The notes beneath the pieces were generated by a model, which saw only the letters and a list, made by a program, of their open reading frames with translations, searched no databases and was not told the origin of the DNA. From an uncultured Rubrivirga sp. (GTDB lineage: Bacteria > Actinomycetota > Actinomycetes > S36-B12), in the NCBI GenBank assembly GCA_964634545.1, contig CAZWIW010000005.1, forward strand, positions 1-58,971: a stretch of 58,971 nt of DNA. The letters run 5' to 3'. Positions 9,828 through 21,232 of this stretch are shown here, one piece after another; position 1 is the first letter of the stretch, and each line of letters opens with the position of its first letter. The position numbers and the translations under genes were made by a program.

Positions 9828-10526
9828 TCAGGACCCGACGACGACGCCTTGACCCGGAGCCGGTGCTGGCACATGCGAGGCGTCCGTCACTGGGACCACG
9901 GTCTCTTCAGCAGCGTCCCGCATCGGATCGGCAGTCGAGCGGGGAGTCGGCGCAGGGGTAGGCCGAGAGGGTCTGGGGGCAGGCACGAAACCGCGCGCCA
10001 GGAGACCGAAGATCAGCAAAGCCGACGCAGTGACGAGCAATCCGATCGACCAATCGGCTAGCGCATCGGTGCCGGCGAGCACGTAGTGGGCAGTGGCTAA
10101 CGGCCATGCTGAGTAAGCGATCAGGTGCGTGCGCGCGAAGATCTTCGCACCACTCTTGCCGAGTCGCTGTCTGATGCGGCCAACCACACTGACCGGGATC
10201 AGCAACCACATCGCAACAACACCAAGCGATACAGCGAATGGCTCCCACGGGGCGATGCCCGGGATCAGTAGTTGAGGAATCGTGAACGCGACAACAGGAT
10301 CCACCACCAACAACGCCAAGTGCGCAAACAGGAATCCCAAGGCAAGGGCTCCGAGCCAACGATGCATACCGAGAAGCACCGGTGGCTTGATTGAGGTACC
10401 CAGCAGCCGGGTCCGAAGGAGCAGCCCCCACAGCACCACGGCAGTCAACAGCCCCCACGCCGTGATGCCGGTTGCACGTATGCCCAACCACGTCCATGGG
10501 ATCTCAACAGCTGTTTCCATGATCAC
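9828..10526 (-). CDS. ferric-reductase-like (FRD/YedZ-type) heme-binding transmembrane protein with a Pro-rich C-terminal tail
   Basis: 232-aa ORF with about 6 TM helices and spaced His residues in the helices (MHRWLG...FAHLAL; THLIAY...TAHYVL). GTGA overlap with the apbE stop; an alternative ATG lies at 10520. Confidence 0.7.
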   Translation of the reverse strand: MIMETAVEIPWTWLGIRATGITAWGLLTAVVLWGLLLRTRLLGTSIKPPVLLGMHRWLGALALGFLFAHLALLVVDPVVAFTIPQLLIPGIAPWEPFAVSLGVVAMWLLIPVSVVGRIRQRLGKSGAKIFARTHLIAYSAWPLATAHYVLAGTDALADWSIGLLVTASALLIFGLLARGFVPAPRPSRPTPAPTPRSTADPMRDAAEETVVPVTDASHVPAPAPGQGVVVGS

Positions 10527-11473
10527 GCCACCTTCTTCGGGTTGTCTGCGAATGCGAAGTCGTCGCGCACTGTCGTGTGATGACTAAGCGCTAAGCAAGC
10601 CAACTGCGACGGGACCTGAGGCAGCAGTGACGGCTGGACCAATACGGCAGTTGCCCACACCTCACACTCCCAAGCGCGGGGCCCAGAGATAGTGGCTTGA
10701 ACCAACTGCTCTTTCGCACTCGAACCAGTTGCAGGATCGATGACGTGGTGGCGCGAATTCCCCCAACGACGCTTCAAGGATGTCGAGGTCGCGACCCCCG
10801 CATGCCCGACCTCGGCTGGAATGCGAACCTGGCAGCCGAAAGCTGCAACTGTGTTCAACCGTCTTTCGTCGGTCACTCCAACGCACCATTCCTCAGCCGG
10901 GCCCGGCACCCCCGCCAGCGCAATGTCCCCACCGAGGTCGACCAGAACCCCCAAGGCCCCCGCGCCATAGATCTCTTCCACCACCATGTCGGCAGCCAGG
11001 CCCTTTCCGATGGCACCGGGGTCCAAGCCGACACCGACCGGCAGCGACACGGTATTGGGCCCGAGCAGCACTCGATCCATCCCGGGCACATCCGCGGTGC
11101 ACCCTTCAATCGAACTCTCGGCAATAACCTCAGCGAAGTCCCGGTCGTAGCCGAGCGCCCGCATGGCGTGCAGCACGGACGGATCGAAAGCGCCACCTGT
11201 TTGTTGCCATGCCGTCACCATCGCTTCAACAAGGACACGGGTTTCGTGTGAGACAACGACGTCGCCTTGCCCAGCTCGAGCATTGAGTCGTGACAACTCA
11301 CTCTCAGGCCGGAACCGACTCCACAGCGATTCAAGGAGTTCGACACGCTGTCGGGCTAGGTCCGCGAGCGCTTCGGTTCCGGCTCCGTCGCTCGCCGATC
11401 CGAAGACAACAATCGAGCAATCAGTCCCCATCGCACGGAAGTCCCGGCGTGCGGTGTACGTGCACTCTTCCAC
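10523..11473 (-). CDS. apbE: FAD:protein FMN transferase (ApbE family)
   Basis: The ApbE-like sequence starts at RRDFRAMGTDCSIVVFG. I chose the GTG at 11473, which is preceded by GGAG 7 nt upstream and sits just after the TAG of the upstream gene. The 484-aa ORF extension to 11977 overlaps that gene in another frame. Confidence 0.8.
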   Translation of the reverse strand: MEECTYTARRDFRAMGTDCSIVVFGSASDGAGTEALADLARQRVELLESLWSRFRPESELSRLNARAGQGDVVVSHETRVLVEAMVTAWQQTGGAFDPSVLHAMRALGYDRDFAEVIAESSIEGCTADVPGMDRVLLGPNTVSLPVGVGLDPGAIGKGLAADMVVEEIYGAGALGVLVDLGGDIALAGVPGPAEEWCVGVTDERRLNTVAAFGCQVRIPAEVGHAGVATSTSLKRRWGNSRHHVIDPATGSSAKEQLVQATISGPRAWECEVWATAVLVQPSLLPQVPSQLACLALSHHTTVRDDFAFADNPKKVA

Positions 11474-11483
11474 GATCCGGCTC

Positions 11484-12038
11484 CTAACTTCCCCGCGTTT
11501 GCGCCTGCGATGCGGCCACCTGGGGCGCCGCCGCAGGTTTGGGCACAGGCTTGGGGACTGGCTTGGGTTTCGATGCGGGTTTCGATGCGGGTTTAGCGGC
11601 CTCCTTGGCCCCTGTGGGTTCGGTGCTCGGCTGCTGGGACTGGGCACCAGACCCGCCCGACACCGTTGAAGTTCCTGCGGAACTGGCCCCTTGCACCGCC
11701 GCCTGCGCATCCGCCGCTTCTTGCAGCCGGGCAGCAGCATCAAGAAGTTCAGCGTGATAGGCCTCGAGCCGTAAGCGCTCATTCTCAAGTGCCTGGGCGT
11801 ACTGGTCGAGTTGCCCCTCTGTAAGCCCACTCGAGGCCACCGCAATGGCCTGCGGCGCAGCGCCGGTTGCAAGCGCCATCTGCTCTTCGCTCTGGACCGG
11901 TTCGGCTGCTGCTTCCTGGGCAGTGCGGACGCCGACGGCACCCACGAGGCCGAGACAGGTTGCACCAGCAAGCCCAACAGCCCAGACCTTGTCGGCTCCC
12001 CCTTGTCGGGCGCGTGGCTTGGCTCGCTTAGTCATCAT
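11484..12038 (-). CDS. membrane-anchored coiled-coil protein with a Pro/Lys-rich C-terminus (hypothetical)
   Basis: Composition is basic N-terminus, TM helix (VWAVGLAGATCLGLVGAVGV), heptad-like LDQYAQALENERLRLEAYHAELLDAAARLQEA, then (KPASKP/KPVPKP) repeats. The ATG at 12038/12035 overlaps the TAA of the upstream gene. Upstream in-frame ATGs come from the (GAT)n repeat and are unlikely starts. Confidence 0.5.
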   Translation of the reverse strand: MMTKRAKPRARQGGADKVWAVGLAGATCLGLVGAVGVRTAQEAAAEPVQSEEQMALATGAAPQAIAVASSGLTEGQLDQYAQALENERLRLEAYHAELLDAAARLQEAADAQAAVQGASSAGTSTVSGGSGAQSQQPSTEPTGAKEAAKPASKPASKPKPVPKPVPKPAAAPQVAASQAQTRGS

Positions 12039-12714
12039 CGTCCTCGCGATCGTCGTCGTCATCGTCATCGTCATCGTCATCATCGTCATCGTCATCGTCA
12101 TCATCGTCGTACTCGTCATCGTCATCGTCGTCGTCGTAGTCGTCCTCGTACGTAGCCGCTGGGCTCGGAGTCGGTGCAACCTTGTCGACAACCCAGTCGA
12201 AGACGACACCTGTCGAAGCTTCGACATAACCGGTCACGACTGAGCCATCGGCACGTTCGATCTGAACAGCGAAAGCGTCGTATCCGCCGCGCTGAACGCG
12301 TTTGGTTGATAGCACCGTGCCACTGGTGGCGTTGGTCGCCGCCTTACGGGCTTGACCCGCAGAGAGCGTTTGCGGCGTGGGGTCCGTGGGGCTCGGTGTC
12401 GAACTCGCCGACTGTGTCGCCTCCGGCTCCGCACTCGGGACACTCACGATCGAGTCACCCGGTTCGGAAGTCTGCGCCGCCGGCTCGATCGGTTCGGGCA
12501 CGATGATTTCAGGGAGTGGGGTCTGGCTAACGTTCGGAACCGGCTCCACAACCTGAGTTGACTCCGACTCCTGGACGCTGGCTGCGACAATGGGCGCCTG
12601 GTCTGTTGCGGTGCTCGAAGAAGCGGCGTTGATCACCGCCACACTCGCCACGGAACCCGCGATGAGGATCCCCGTCACCGCCCCGGCTACTGCAATGGCA
12701 CTACCTCGATGCAT
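12028..12714 (-). CDS. membrane-anchored PepSY-domain protein with an extreme poly-Asp C-terminal tail
   Basis: 228-aa ORF with a strong AAGGAG RBS 7 nt upstream of the ATG. It has an N-terminal TM helix, a PepSY-like core (AGQARKAATNATSGTVLSTKRV...AFAVQIERADGSVVTGYVEASTGVV) and a 40-residue tail with 33 Asp and 3 Glu, including an uninterrupted D20. Confidence 0.65.
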   Translation of the reverse strand: MHRGSAIAVAGAVTGILIAGSVASVAVINAASSSTATDQAPIVAASVQESESTQVVEPVPNVSQTPLPEIIVPEPIEPAAQTSEPGDSIVSVPSAEPEATQSASSTPSPTDPTPQTLSAGQARKAATNATSGTVLSTKRVQRGGYDAFAVQIERADGSVVTGYVEASTGVVFDWVVDKVAPTPSPAATYEDDYDDDDDDDEYDDDDDDDDDDDDDDDDDDDDREDDDD

Positions 12715-12752
12715 GTCGATTCTCCTTCGACCGATGTCTTCTCGTGAAAATC

Positions 12753-12807
12753 AAGGTAGGCGCTCACCCGATAAGCCCGTCCCAAGCGAAGGTAAGCGGC
12801 AGGTAAG
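12753..12807. promoter_or_regulatory. candidate OmpR-family operator: three AGGTA(A/G)G direct repeats in the divergent promoter region
   Basis: AGGTAGG at 12754, AGGTAAG at 12790 and AGGTAAG at 12801. The last two are exactly 11 bp apart (one helical turn). They lie between the divergent PepSY operon and the response-regulator gene. Confidence 0.35.
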
Positions 12808-12867
12808 GCCTTGGAGCAAGGCGTGCAGGTGGCGCGAACTATCGCCTACCGGTGGGACTATGGGCCC

Positions 12868-13518
12868 GTGAGAGTTCTCGTGGTCGAAGACGACCCCTCG
12901 GTTTCCGAACCGCTGATATCAGGACTCGAGCGCAATGGCATCGATACCGTCCACGTTGCCTACGCCGCCCAGGTCGTTGCGGCCCTTCGGGGTGTGGATG
13001 TTGTGCTGCTCGACCTTGGACTTCCCGATGGAGAGGGTTTAGACGTCCTGCGTGAGATCCGCCAGATCAGCGACGTCCCGGTCATCATCGCCACCGCCCG
13101 CGGTGAGGAAACCGATCGGATTATCGGGCTCGAACTTGGGGCAGATGACTACGTTGTGAAGCCTTTCAGCGTGCGTGAACTCGCCGCACGCATTCGCGCT
13201 ATCGCACGGCGACGCCGAAACGAGCCACCGCTTGAATCCAGTGCGCTCGTCGTCGATCGCAACAGACGCCAAGTTCGGTGCGGTGATCGTGAGATTGACC
13301 TCACAGCAAAGGAGTTCGACCTGCTCGCTGTCTTGGCGGAGGAGCCAGGCAAGGTCTTCACTCGCCAGGAGCTGTTCACCCGCGTATGGGATCCGGTGTG
13401 GGTCGGTACGGGGAAGACACTCGATGTCCACATCGGGTCACTTCGTAAGAAACTCGATGACGCGGATCTCATCCAGACCGTGCGTGGGGTCGGTTATCGA
13501 CTCGCTTCCCCGGAGTAA
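12868..13518 (+). CDS. OmpR/PhoB-family response regulator
   Basis: Receiver domain (VRVLVVEDD, DLGLPDGEG, KPF) plus winged-helix output (LTAKEFDLLAVLA, TLDVHIGSLRKKL). The GTG at 12868 gives the canonical N-terminus; the ORF is open from 12811. Confidence 0.85.
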   Translation: MRVLVVEDDPSVSEPLISGLERNGIDTVHVAYAAQVVAALRGVDVVLLDLGLPDGEGLDVLREIRQISDVPVIIATARGEETDRIIGLELGADDYVVKPFSVRELAARIRAIARRRRNEPPLESSALVVDRNRRQVRCGDREIDLTAKEFDLLAVLAEEPGKVFTRQELFTRVWDPVWVGTGKTLDVHIGSLRKKLDDADLIQTVRGVGYRLASPE

Positions 13519-13526
13519 GCAACCAA

Positions 13527-14885
13527 ATGAGTAAACGACTCGTCGTCGCCATGACCAGCCTCGTAGCACTCGTGGCTCTCGCTCTCGCTGCCCCACTGGC
13601 TATCGTCGTGGCGACCGACCAGCGGGCCGCGTTCGTTGCGGGGTTGGAGACCGACACGCTTGCGACCGCCTCACTGCTGTCCTCCCAGCCGTCCATTGAC
13701 TGGCAGGCATCGGTACAAGACGCCTCTGTACGTACCGGCGCTCGCATCGTCGTCGTCGATACGCAGCGGACTCTGGTCGCCGATAGCGACCAGTCTGGCT
13801 TGGATCGCTCGTTTGACCGACCGGAAGTAGATGACGCTCTTGGTGGCGTTGTGGCTTCGGATCTGCGCTACTCGCAGACACTTGCAACGGACTTGCGTTA
13901 CGTGGCGGCACCTGTTGTGCAGAACTACCAAGTAGTCGCCGCAGTGCGGCTATCTCTTCCCGAATACGACGTCGACGATGCCATTTCCCAAACACTCACC
14001 TGGTTGATCGCGTTCGTCTTCAGCGTTGTGATTGCCGCCGCACTTATCGCCTGGTTGGTAGCTCGCTCGATCGCTGCACCACTTCGACGTCTCGCGGACG
14101 TGGCCGAAGCGCTGCCTGATGACCTTGAACTGCGTGCGGACACCGAATCCGGTCCTGCGGAGGTGCGTAAGGTCGCGGGCGCCTTGAATTCCACGGCACT
14201 TCGTCTGTCGGGAGTCCTGTCGCGCACCCAACGGGTGGCCGCCGACGCCTCGCATCACCTTCGCACGCCGCTGACCGGTGTCCGGCTGCGCTTGGAAGCA
14301 ATCGAGGAGACCGCCTCGGATCCGGAGGTCGTAGTCGAAGCCGAAGCGGCAGTGAACGAGGTAGACAGACTCACCCGCCGCATCGATCAGATCCTTGCGC
14401 TTGCTCGAAGCGACAGCGGCAGCGGCGATCTGCTCGTGATTGAAGTCGTTCCCGTAGTGGCCGCTCGCGTCGATGCAGCGATGCGCACGGCCGAGGATCG
14501 CGGACTTGAGTTGCAGATTGATGCACCTGGAGATGGATCGGCGCTGGGCATCGAAGCGCCATCCGGAGTTCTCGAGCGGGTAATCGACGAACTTCTCGGG
14601 AACGCGATTGCCTACGCCGGACACAGGATCATTGCGCGAGTCCGCCGCGATGCTAAGTGGATCGTGCTGCAAGTGGATGACGACGGACCAGGGCTCAGCC
14701 CCGAAGACCGTTCGCGGGTCTTTCAACGGTTCGTGCGCGGCAGTGGATCCGTGCCGGGGGGCAGTGGCCTGGGACTTGCCCTGGTCAGCGAGTCGGCCGA
14801 AGCACTGGGGGGCACGGCTACCGCCGGGGAATCCGACCTAGGCGGCCTGCGGGTCGAGGTTCGCCTCCCCGCTACGCAGGCATAG
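13527..14885 (+). CDS. sensor histidine kinase (two TM helices, ~130-aa extracytoplasmic loop, HAMP, HisKA, HATPase)
   Basis: 452-aa ORF with H-box SHHLRTPLTGV, N-box LLGNAIAY and G-box GGSGLGLALV. Starts 8 nt after the response-regulator stop. Confidence 0.85.
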   Translation: MSKRLVVAMTSLVALVALALAAPLAIVVATDQRAAFVAGLETDTLATASLLSSQPSIDWQASVQDASVRTGARIVVVDTQRTLVADSDQSGLDRSFDRPEVDDALGGVVASDLRYSQTLATDLRYVAAPVVQNYQVVAAVRLSLPEYDVDDAISQTLTWLIAFVFSVVIAAALIAWLVARSIAAPLRRLADVAEALPDDLELRADTESGPAEVRKVAGALNSTALRLSGVLSRTQRVAADASHHLRTPLTGVRLRLEAIEETASDPEVVVEAEAAVNEVDRLTRRIDQILALARSDSGSGDLLVIEVVPVVAARVDAAMRTAEDRGLELQIDAPGDGSALGIEAPSGVLERVIDELLGNAIAYAGHRIIARVRRDAKWIVLQVDDDGPGLSPEDRSRVFQRFVRGSGSVPGGSGLGLALVSESAEALGGTATAGESDLGGLRVEVRLPATQA

Positions 14886-14900
14886 CCCTCCGACCAGGCG

Positions 14901-14983
14901 TTTCCCCCGGATTCCGGGGGAAACGACGTCAGCGGGGGCGATTCCGGGGGAAGCGAAGCGAATCCCCCGGAATCCGGGGGAAA
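14901..14983. repeat. two near-identical GC-rich palindromes plus a half copy; probable terminators for the convergent HK and atpC genes
   Basis: TTTCCCCCGGA-T-TCCGGGGGAAA (14901-14923) and TCCCCCGGA-A-TCCGGGGGA (14963-14981). A third ATTCCGGGGGA arm lies at 14941-14951. Confidence 0.55.
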
Positions 14984-15007
14984 CGGTCAGAGGGGGTTCG
15001 GAGGGGG

Positions 15008-15412
15008 TTAGGAGAGCGTCTTGGCGGCGCCGGCGACGGTGATCCGCGTCTCGGCCCGCTTGAGGGCGGAGCCGTCTTGATCATCGGCAGCCACCTGCTG
15101 TGCCTTGGCCAAAGCCGCCTTCGCCCGCTCCAGATCGATGTCCTCGGCGAGTTCGGCGATCTCGGCGATGACGTTCACCTTGTTGGAATCCACCGAGAAG
15201 AAGCCACCGTGAACCGCGACGAGCATCTTGGAACCATCGGGCTCCTCGATACGCAGCGGGCTTTCCACCAGCAGCGACAGCACCGGCTCATGGCCGGGCA
15301 GGATCCCGATCTCCCCCTCGGGGGTCTTGGCCACGACCGACTTCGCCTCGCCCTGCCACAGCAGGCGCTCCGCAGAGACGACCGCAACCTCCAGGATTCC
15401 TGACTCCGCCAC
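15008..15412 (-). CDS. atpC: F0F1 ATP synthase subunit epsilon
   Basis: Epsilon-like sequence (LEVAVVSAERLLWQGEAKSVVAKTPEGEIGILPGHEP). The GTG at 15412 lies 2 nt after the atpD TAG; the longer ORF to 15469 would overlap atpD. Confidence 0.85.
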   Translation of the reverse strand: MAESGILEVAVVSAERLLWQGEAKSVVAKTPEGEIGILPGHEPVLSLLVESPLRIEEPDGSKMLVAVHGGFFSVDSNKVNVIAEIAELAEDIDLERAKAALAKAQQVAADDQDGSALKRAETRITVAGAAKTLS

Positions 15413-15414
15413 CG

Positions 15415-16911
<1,497 letters not shown>

Positions 16912-17817
16912 TTATGCCGAGAGGGCGTCGGCCCCGCCGACGATCTCGCTGATTTCCTGGGTGATCTCGGCCTGGCGGGCCTGGTTGGCTTGGCGGGTCA
17001 AGGATCGGATGAGTTCCTCGGCGTTGTCGGTTGCGGACTTCATCGCGCGCCGGCGCGCAGCGTGCTCCGATGCCGCCGAGGTGAGCAGCGACAAATACAC
17101 CATCTGCTCGATGTAGCGCGGGAGCAGGGCATCGAGTACGGCCTCGGGACTGGGTTCGAACTCATACAGCGGGAACGGGTTGCCCTCTTCGGTGGTGTCG
17201 ACCACTTCATCGACCACTTCGAGGGGCAGGATGCGCCGAACCCGAGTTTCCTGAGTACCCATGTTGACGAAGTGCGTGGAGACGACGTGGATCTCGTCGA
17301 CACCACCTTCACCGTTTTCGTCGCCGTGGAACGCCGCCAGCAGGTCCTCCCCGATCCGTTTGGCATCGGCGTAGGTGGGCTGATCGGTGAATCCGGTGTA
17401 CTCACCGCCCATTTCACGACCGCGGAAGCGGTAGTAGGACACACCCTTACGACCGACGACGTAGGGCGTGACCCTCATGCCCTTCTCGTTCAAGTTCCGG
17501 GTGAGCGCCTCACCTTCCTTGATCGCGTTCGTGGAGTAGGCGCCGGCTAGTCCGCGGTCGGCGGTGATCAGCAGGATCGCCGCACGCTCTTGCTTCTCGG
17601 CGCGAGCAGTCAGCGGATGCGCAGAGACATCCGTGGCATGGGAGGCAGCCGCAGATACCGCGTCGACAAGTTGAGTCAGGTACGGCATCGAGGCGTCAAG
17701 ACGCTGTTGCGCTTTGACGATCCGCGAGGACGCGATCAACTCCATCGCCTTGGTGATCTTCTTGGTCGCCTGGACGGAACGGATCCGTCTCCGGAAGACC
17801 CTCAGCTGCGCACCCAT
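16912..17817 (-). CDS. atpG: F0F1 ATP synthase subunit gamma
   Basis: 301-aa ORF with N-terminus LRVFRRRIRSVQATKKITKAMELIA and C-terminus ITQEISEIVGGA. Confidence 0.95.
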   Translation of the reverse strand: MGAQLRVFRRRIRSVQATKKITKAMELIASSRIVKAQQRLDASMPYLTQLVDAVSAAASHATDVSAHPLTARAEKQERAAILLITADRGLAGAYSTNAIKEGEALTRNLNEKGMRVTPYVVGRKGVSYYRFRGREMGGEYTGFTDQPTYADAKRIGEDLLAAFHGDENGEGGVDEIHVVSTHFVNMGTQETRVRRILPLEVVDEVVDTTEEGNPFPLYEFEPSPEAVLDALLPRYIEQMVYLSLLTSAASEHAARRRAMKSATDNAEELIRSLTRQANQARQAEITQEISEIVGGADALSA

Positions 17818-17820
17818 GGA

Positions 17821-19455
<1,635 letters not shown>

Positions 19456-19531
19456 GGTGTCCTGCTCTCTTTCTCGGCCCGCTGTTGCGGGTGGGGTCGG
19501 TTCGGTTGTGGTCCTGGTTGTGGCAATGCGG

Positions 19532-20341
19532 TTAGTCGGCGATCGCTCGTGCGGCTTCGGTCAACCGGGTGGCGACAGTTCCGTCGATCACCTCTCCACC
19601 GACGGTGACATGCGCGCCACCGAGGACGGAAGGATCAACGACGACGTTCAAGGTGATGGTGCGCCCGGTCAACGAACGCAACGCGGCGGTCATCCTTTCG
19701 GAAAGGTCCGCATCGAGCGGCCGAGCAACGCGCACCACGGCCACCATGCGTTGCCGCTGCGCCGCGGCGAGATCGACGAGTTCGTCGATCGCCTGATCGA
19801 TACGCCGACCGTGCAGGTGACTCAACGTGAACCCGACCACCTGGGAGGTGGTGTCGGTCACGCGGCCGGCGAGGAGGTCGGTGACGATGCCCGCTTTGGC
19901 CGATGCGGCAATCGCTGGATCGGTCAGCGCGGACTGCAAGGTCGCAGATCCGGCCACCGCTCGCCCGATGCGGAAGATCTCGTCTTCGGTCGCCTCGAGT
20001 GTGCCGTTGTCCGCCGCGGTCAAGAAGGCAGCTTGGTCACCCAGGATGCGCATTCCGGAGACGAGGTCATCAGCGTCGGACCACCTCATCCGGACGGTGG
20101 CTTGCAGCACCTCCGCAGCAAGCGCGCCCACTCGGTCGGCCAACAGTGAGGCCACGATCTCAGTGCGCGTGCGTTCGCTTCGCCCGGAGTCCGAGAGTGC
20201 TTCGCGCAGCGACTTCTCCCGGCCGAGGAGATCGCATGCCGAGTACAGATCGGCAGCGAGCCCCGCGAAGGCGGGATCGGATCGCCGCTGCACCAACAGG
20301 TCCTCGACCTGGGCCAGCGAAGCACGGCTTGCGGACAACAT
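19532..20341 (-). CDS. atpH: F0F1 ATP synthase subunit delta
   Basis: 269-aa ORF at the delta position in the operon, with an OSCP-like C-terminus ([20 protein letters not shown]). 1-nt overlap with the atpF stop. Confidence 0.85.
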   Translation of the reverse strand: MLSASRASLAQVEDLLVQRRSDPAFAGLAADLYSACDLLGREKSLREALSDSGRSERTRTEIVASLLADRVGALAAEVLQATVRMRWSDADDLVSGMRILGDQAAFLTAADNGTLEATEDEIFRIGRAVAGSATLQSALTDPAIAASAKAGIVTDLLAGRVTDTTSQVVGFTLSHLHGRRIDQAIDELVDLAAAQRQRMVAVVRVARPLDADLSERMTAALRSLTGRTITLNVVVDPSVLGGAHVTVGGEVIDGTVATRLTEAARAIAD

Positions 20342-20895
20342 CAGCGGCTGCCCTGCGCATTCGCCATCGATTCGAGTTCGGCGACGAAGTCCTCGACGGT
20401 CTGACGCACCCGGGCGTCGTCCGCCAGACTCTGCCCGACGACCTTGCTCGCGAGGTCGACAGCCAGTGTGCCCACCTGGGCGGTGAGTTGACCCACGACC
20501 TGGGCTCGATCCCGTTCGATCGCCGCCTCCGCTGCTTCGGTGACCGCGGTAGCCGCCGCAGCGGCTTCCGCCCGTGCTTCGTCGACGATCGCCCGACGGT
20601 CGGCCTGGGCTTGGGTGCGGATCTCCGCAGCCTCCTCGCGGGCCTCGGCCAATGCCTGGCGGTAGGACTCCAGGTCGGCTTGTGCCTGGGCCTGCATCTC
20701 CTCTGCTCGGGCGATACCGCCTTCGATGAGGTCGGCGCGCTCGTCCATGACCTGCTTCATGCGAGGCAAGACGAACTTCCAGAACAGCACCAGCACGATG
20801 ACGAACGACAACCCACCCCAGATGAGGTCGTAGCTCGCCGGGAACAAGATCCCAGCGCCCTCGGGGGCCTCTCCCCCCGCAGCAAGTACCTTCAT
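20341..20895 (-). CDS. atpF: F0F1 ATP synthase subunit b
   Basis: 184-aa ORF with one N-terminal TM helix followed by a long charged Ala/Glu/Arg-rich helix; correct operon position. Confidence 0.85.
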   Translation of the reverse strand: MKVLAAGGEAPEGAGILFPASYDLIWGGLSFVIVLVLFWKFVLPRMKQVMDERADLIEGGIARAEEMQAQAQADLESYRQALAEAREEAAEIRTQAQADRRAIVDEARAEAAAAATAVTEAAEAAIERDRAQVVGQLTAQVGTLAVDLASKVVGQSLADDARVRQTVEDFVAELESMANAQGSR

Positions 20896-20956
20896 GTCAC
20901 CTAGACCTTCGCTTTAGGCATCTTCATGGAATGACGTGGCGTGAAAACCGGGGTTC

Positions 20957-21232
<276 letters not shown>

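Noticed and set aside
11474-11977. N-terminal 168-aa extension of the ApbE ORF (484-aa version)
   Set aside because: The extension is Arg/Pro-rich and overlaps the coiled-coil protein gene in another frame. ApbE homology starts only near RRDFRAMGT, and a GGAG-spaced GTG at 11473 directly follows the upstream stop.
12039-12227. N-terminal (TM)n 'MTMTMT' extension of the coiled-coil protein ORF
   Set aside because: It is the +1 reading of the (GAT/GAC)n poly-Asp repeat of the upstream gene. It is a by-product of the repeat, not a likely coding segment.
14901-14983. CRISPR-like repeat array
   Set aside because: There are only 2.5 copies, the repeats are themselves perfect palindromes, spacing is irregular and short, and there are no cas genes. 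They fit terminators or a REP-like element better.
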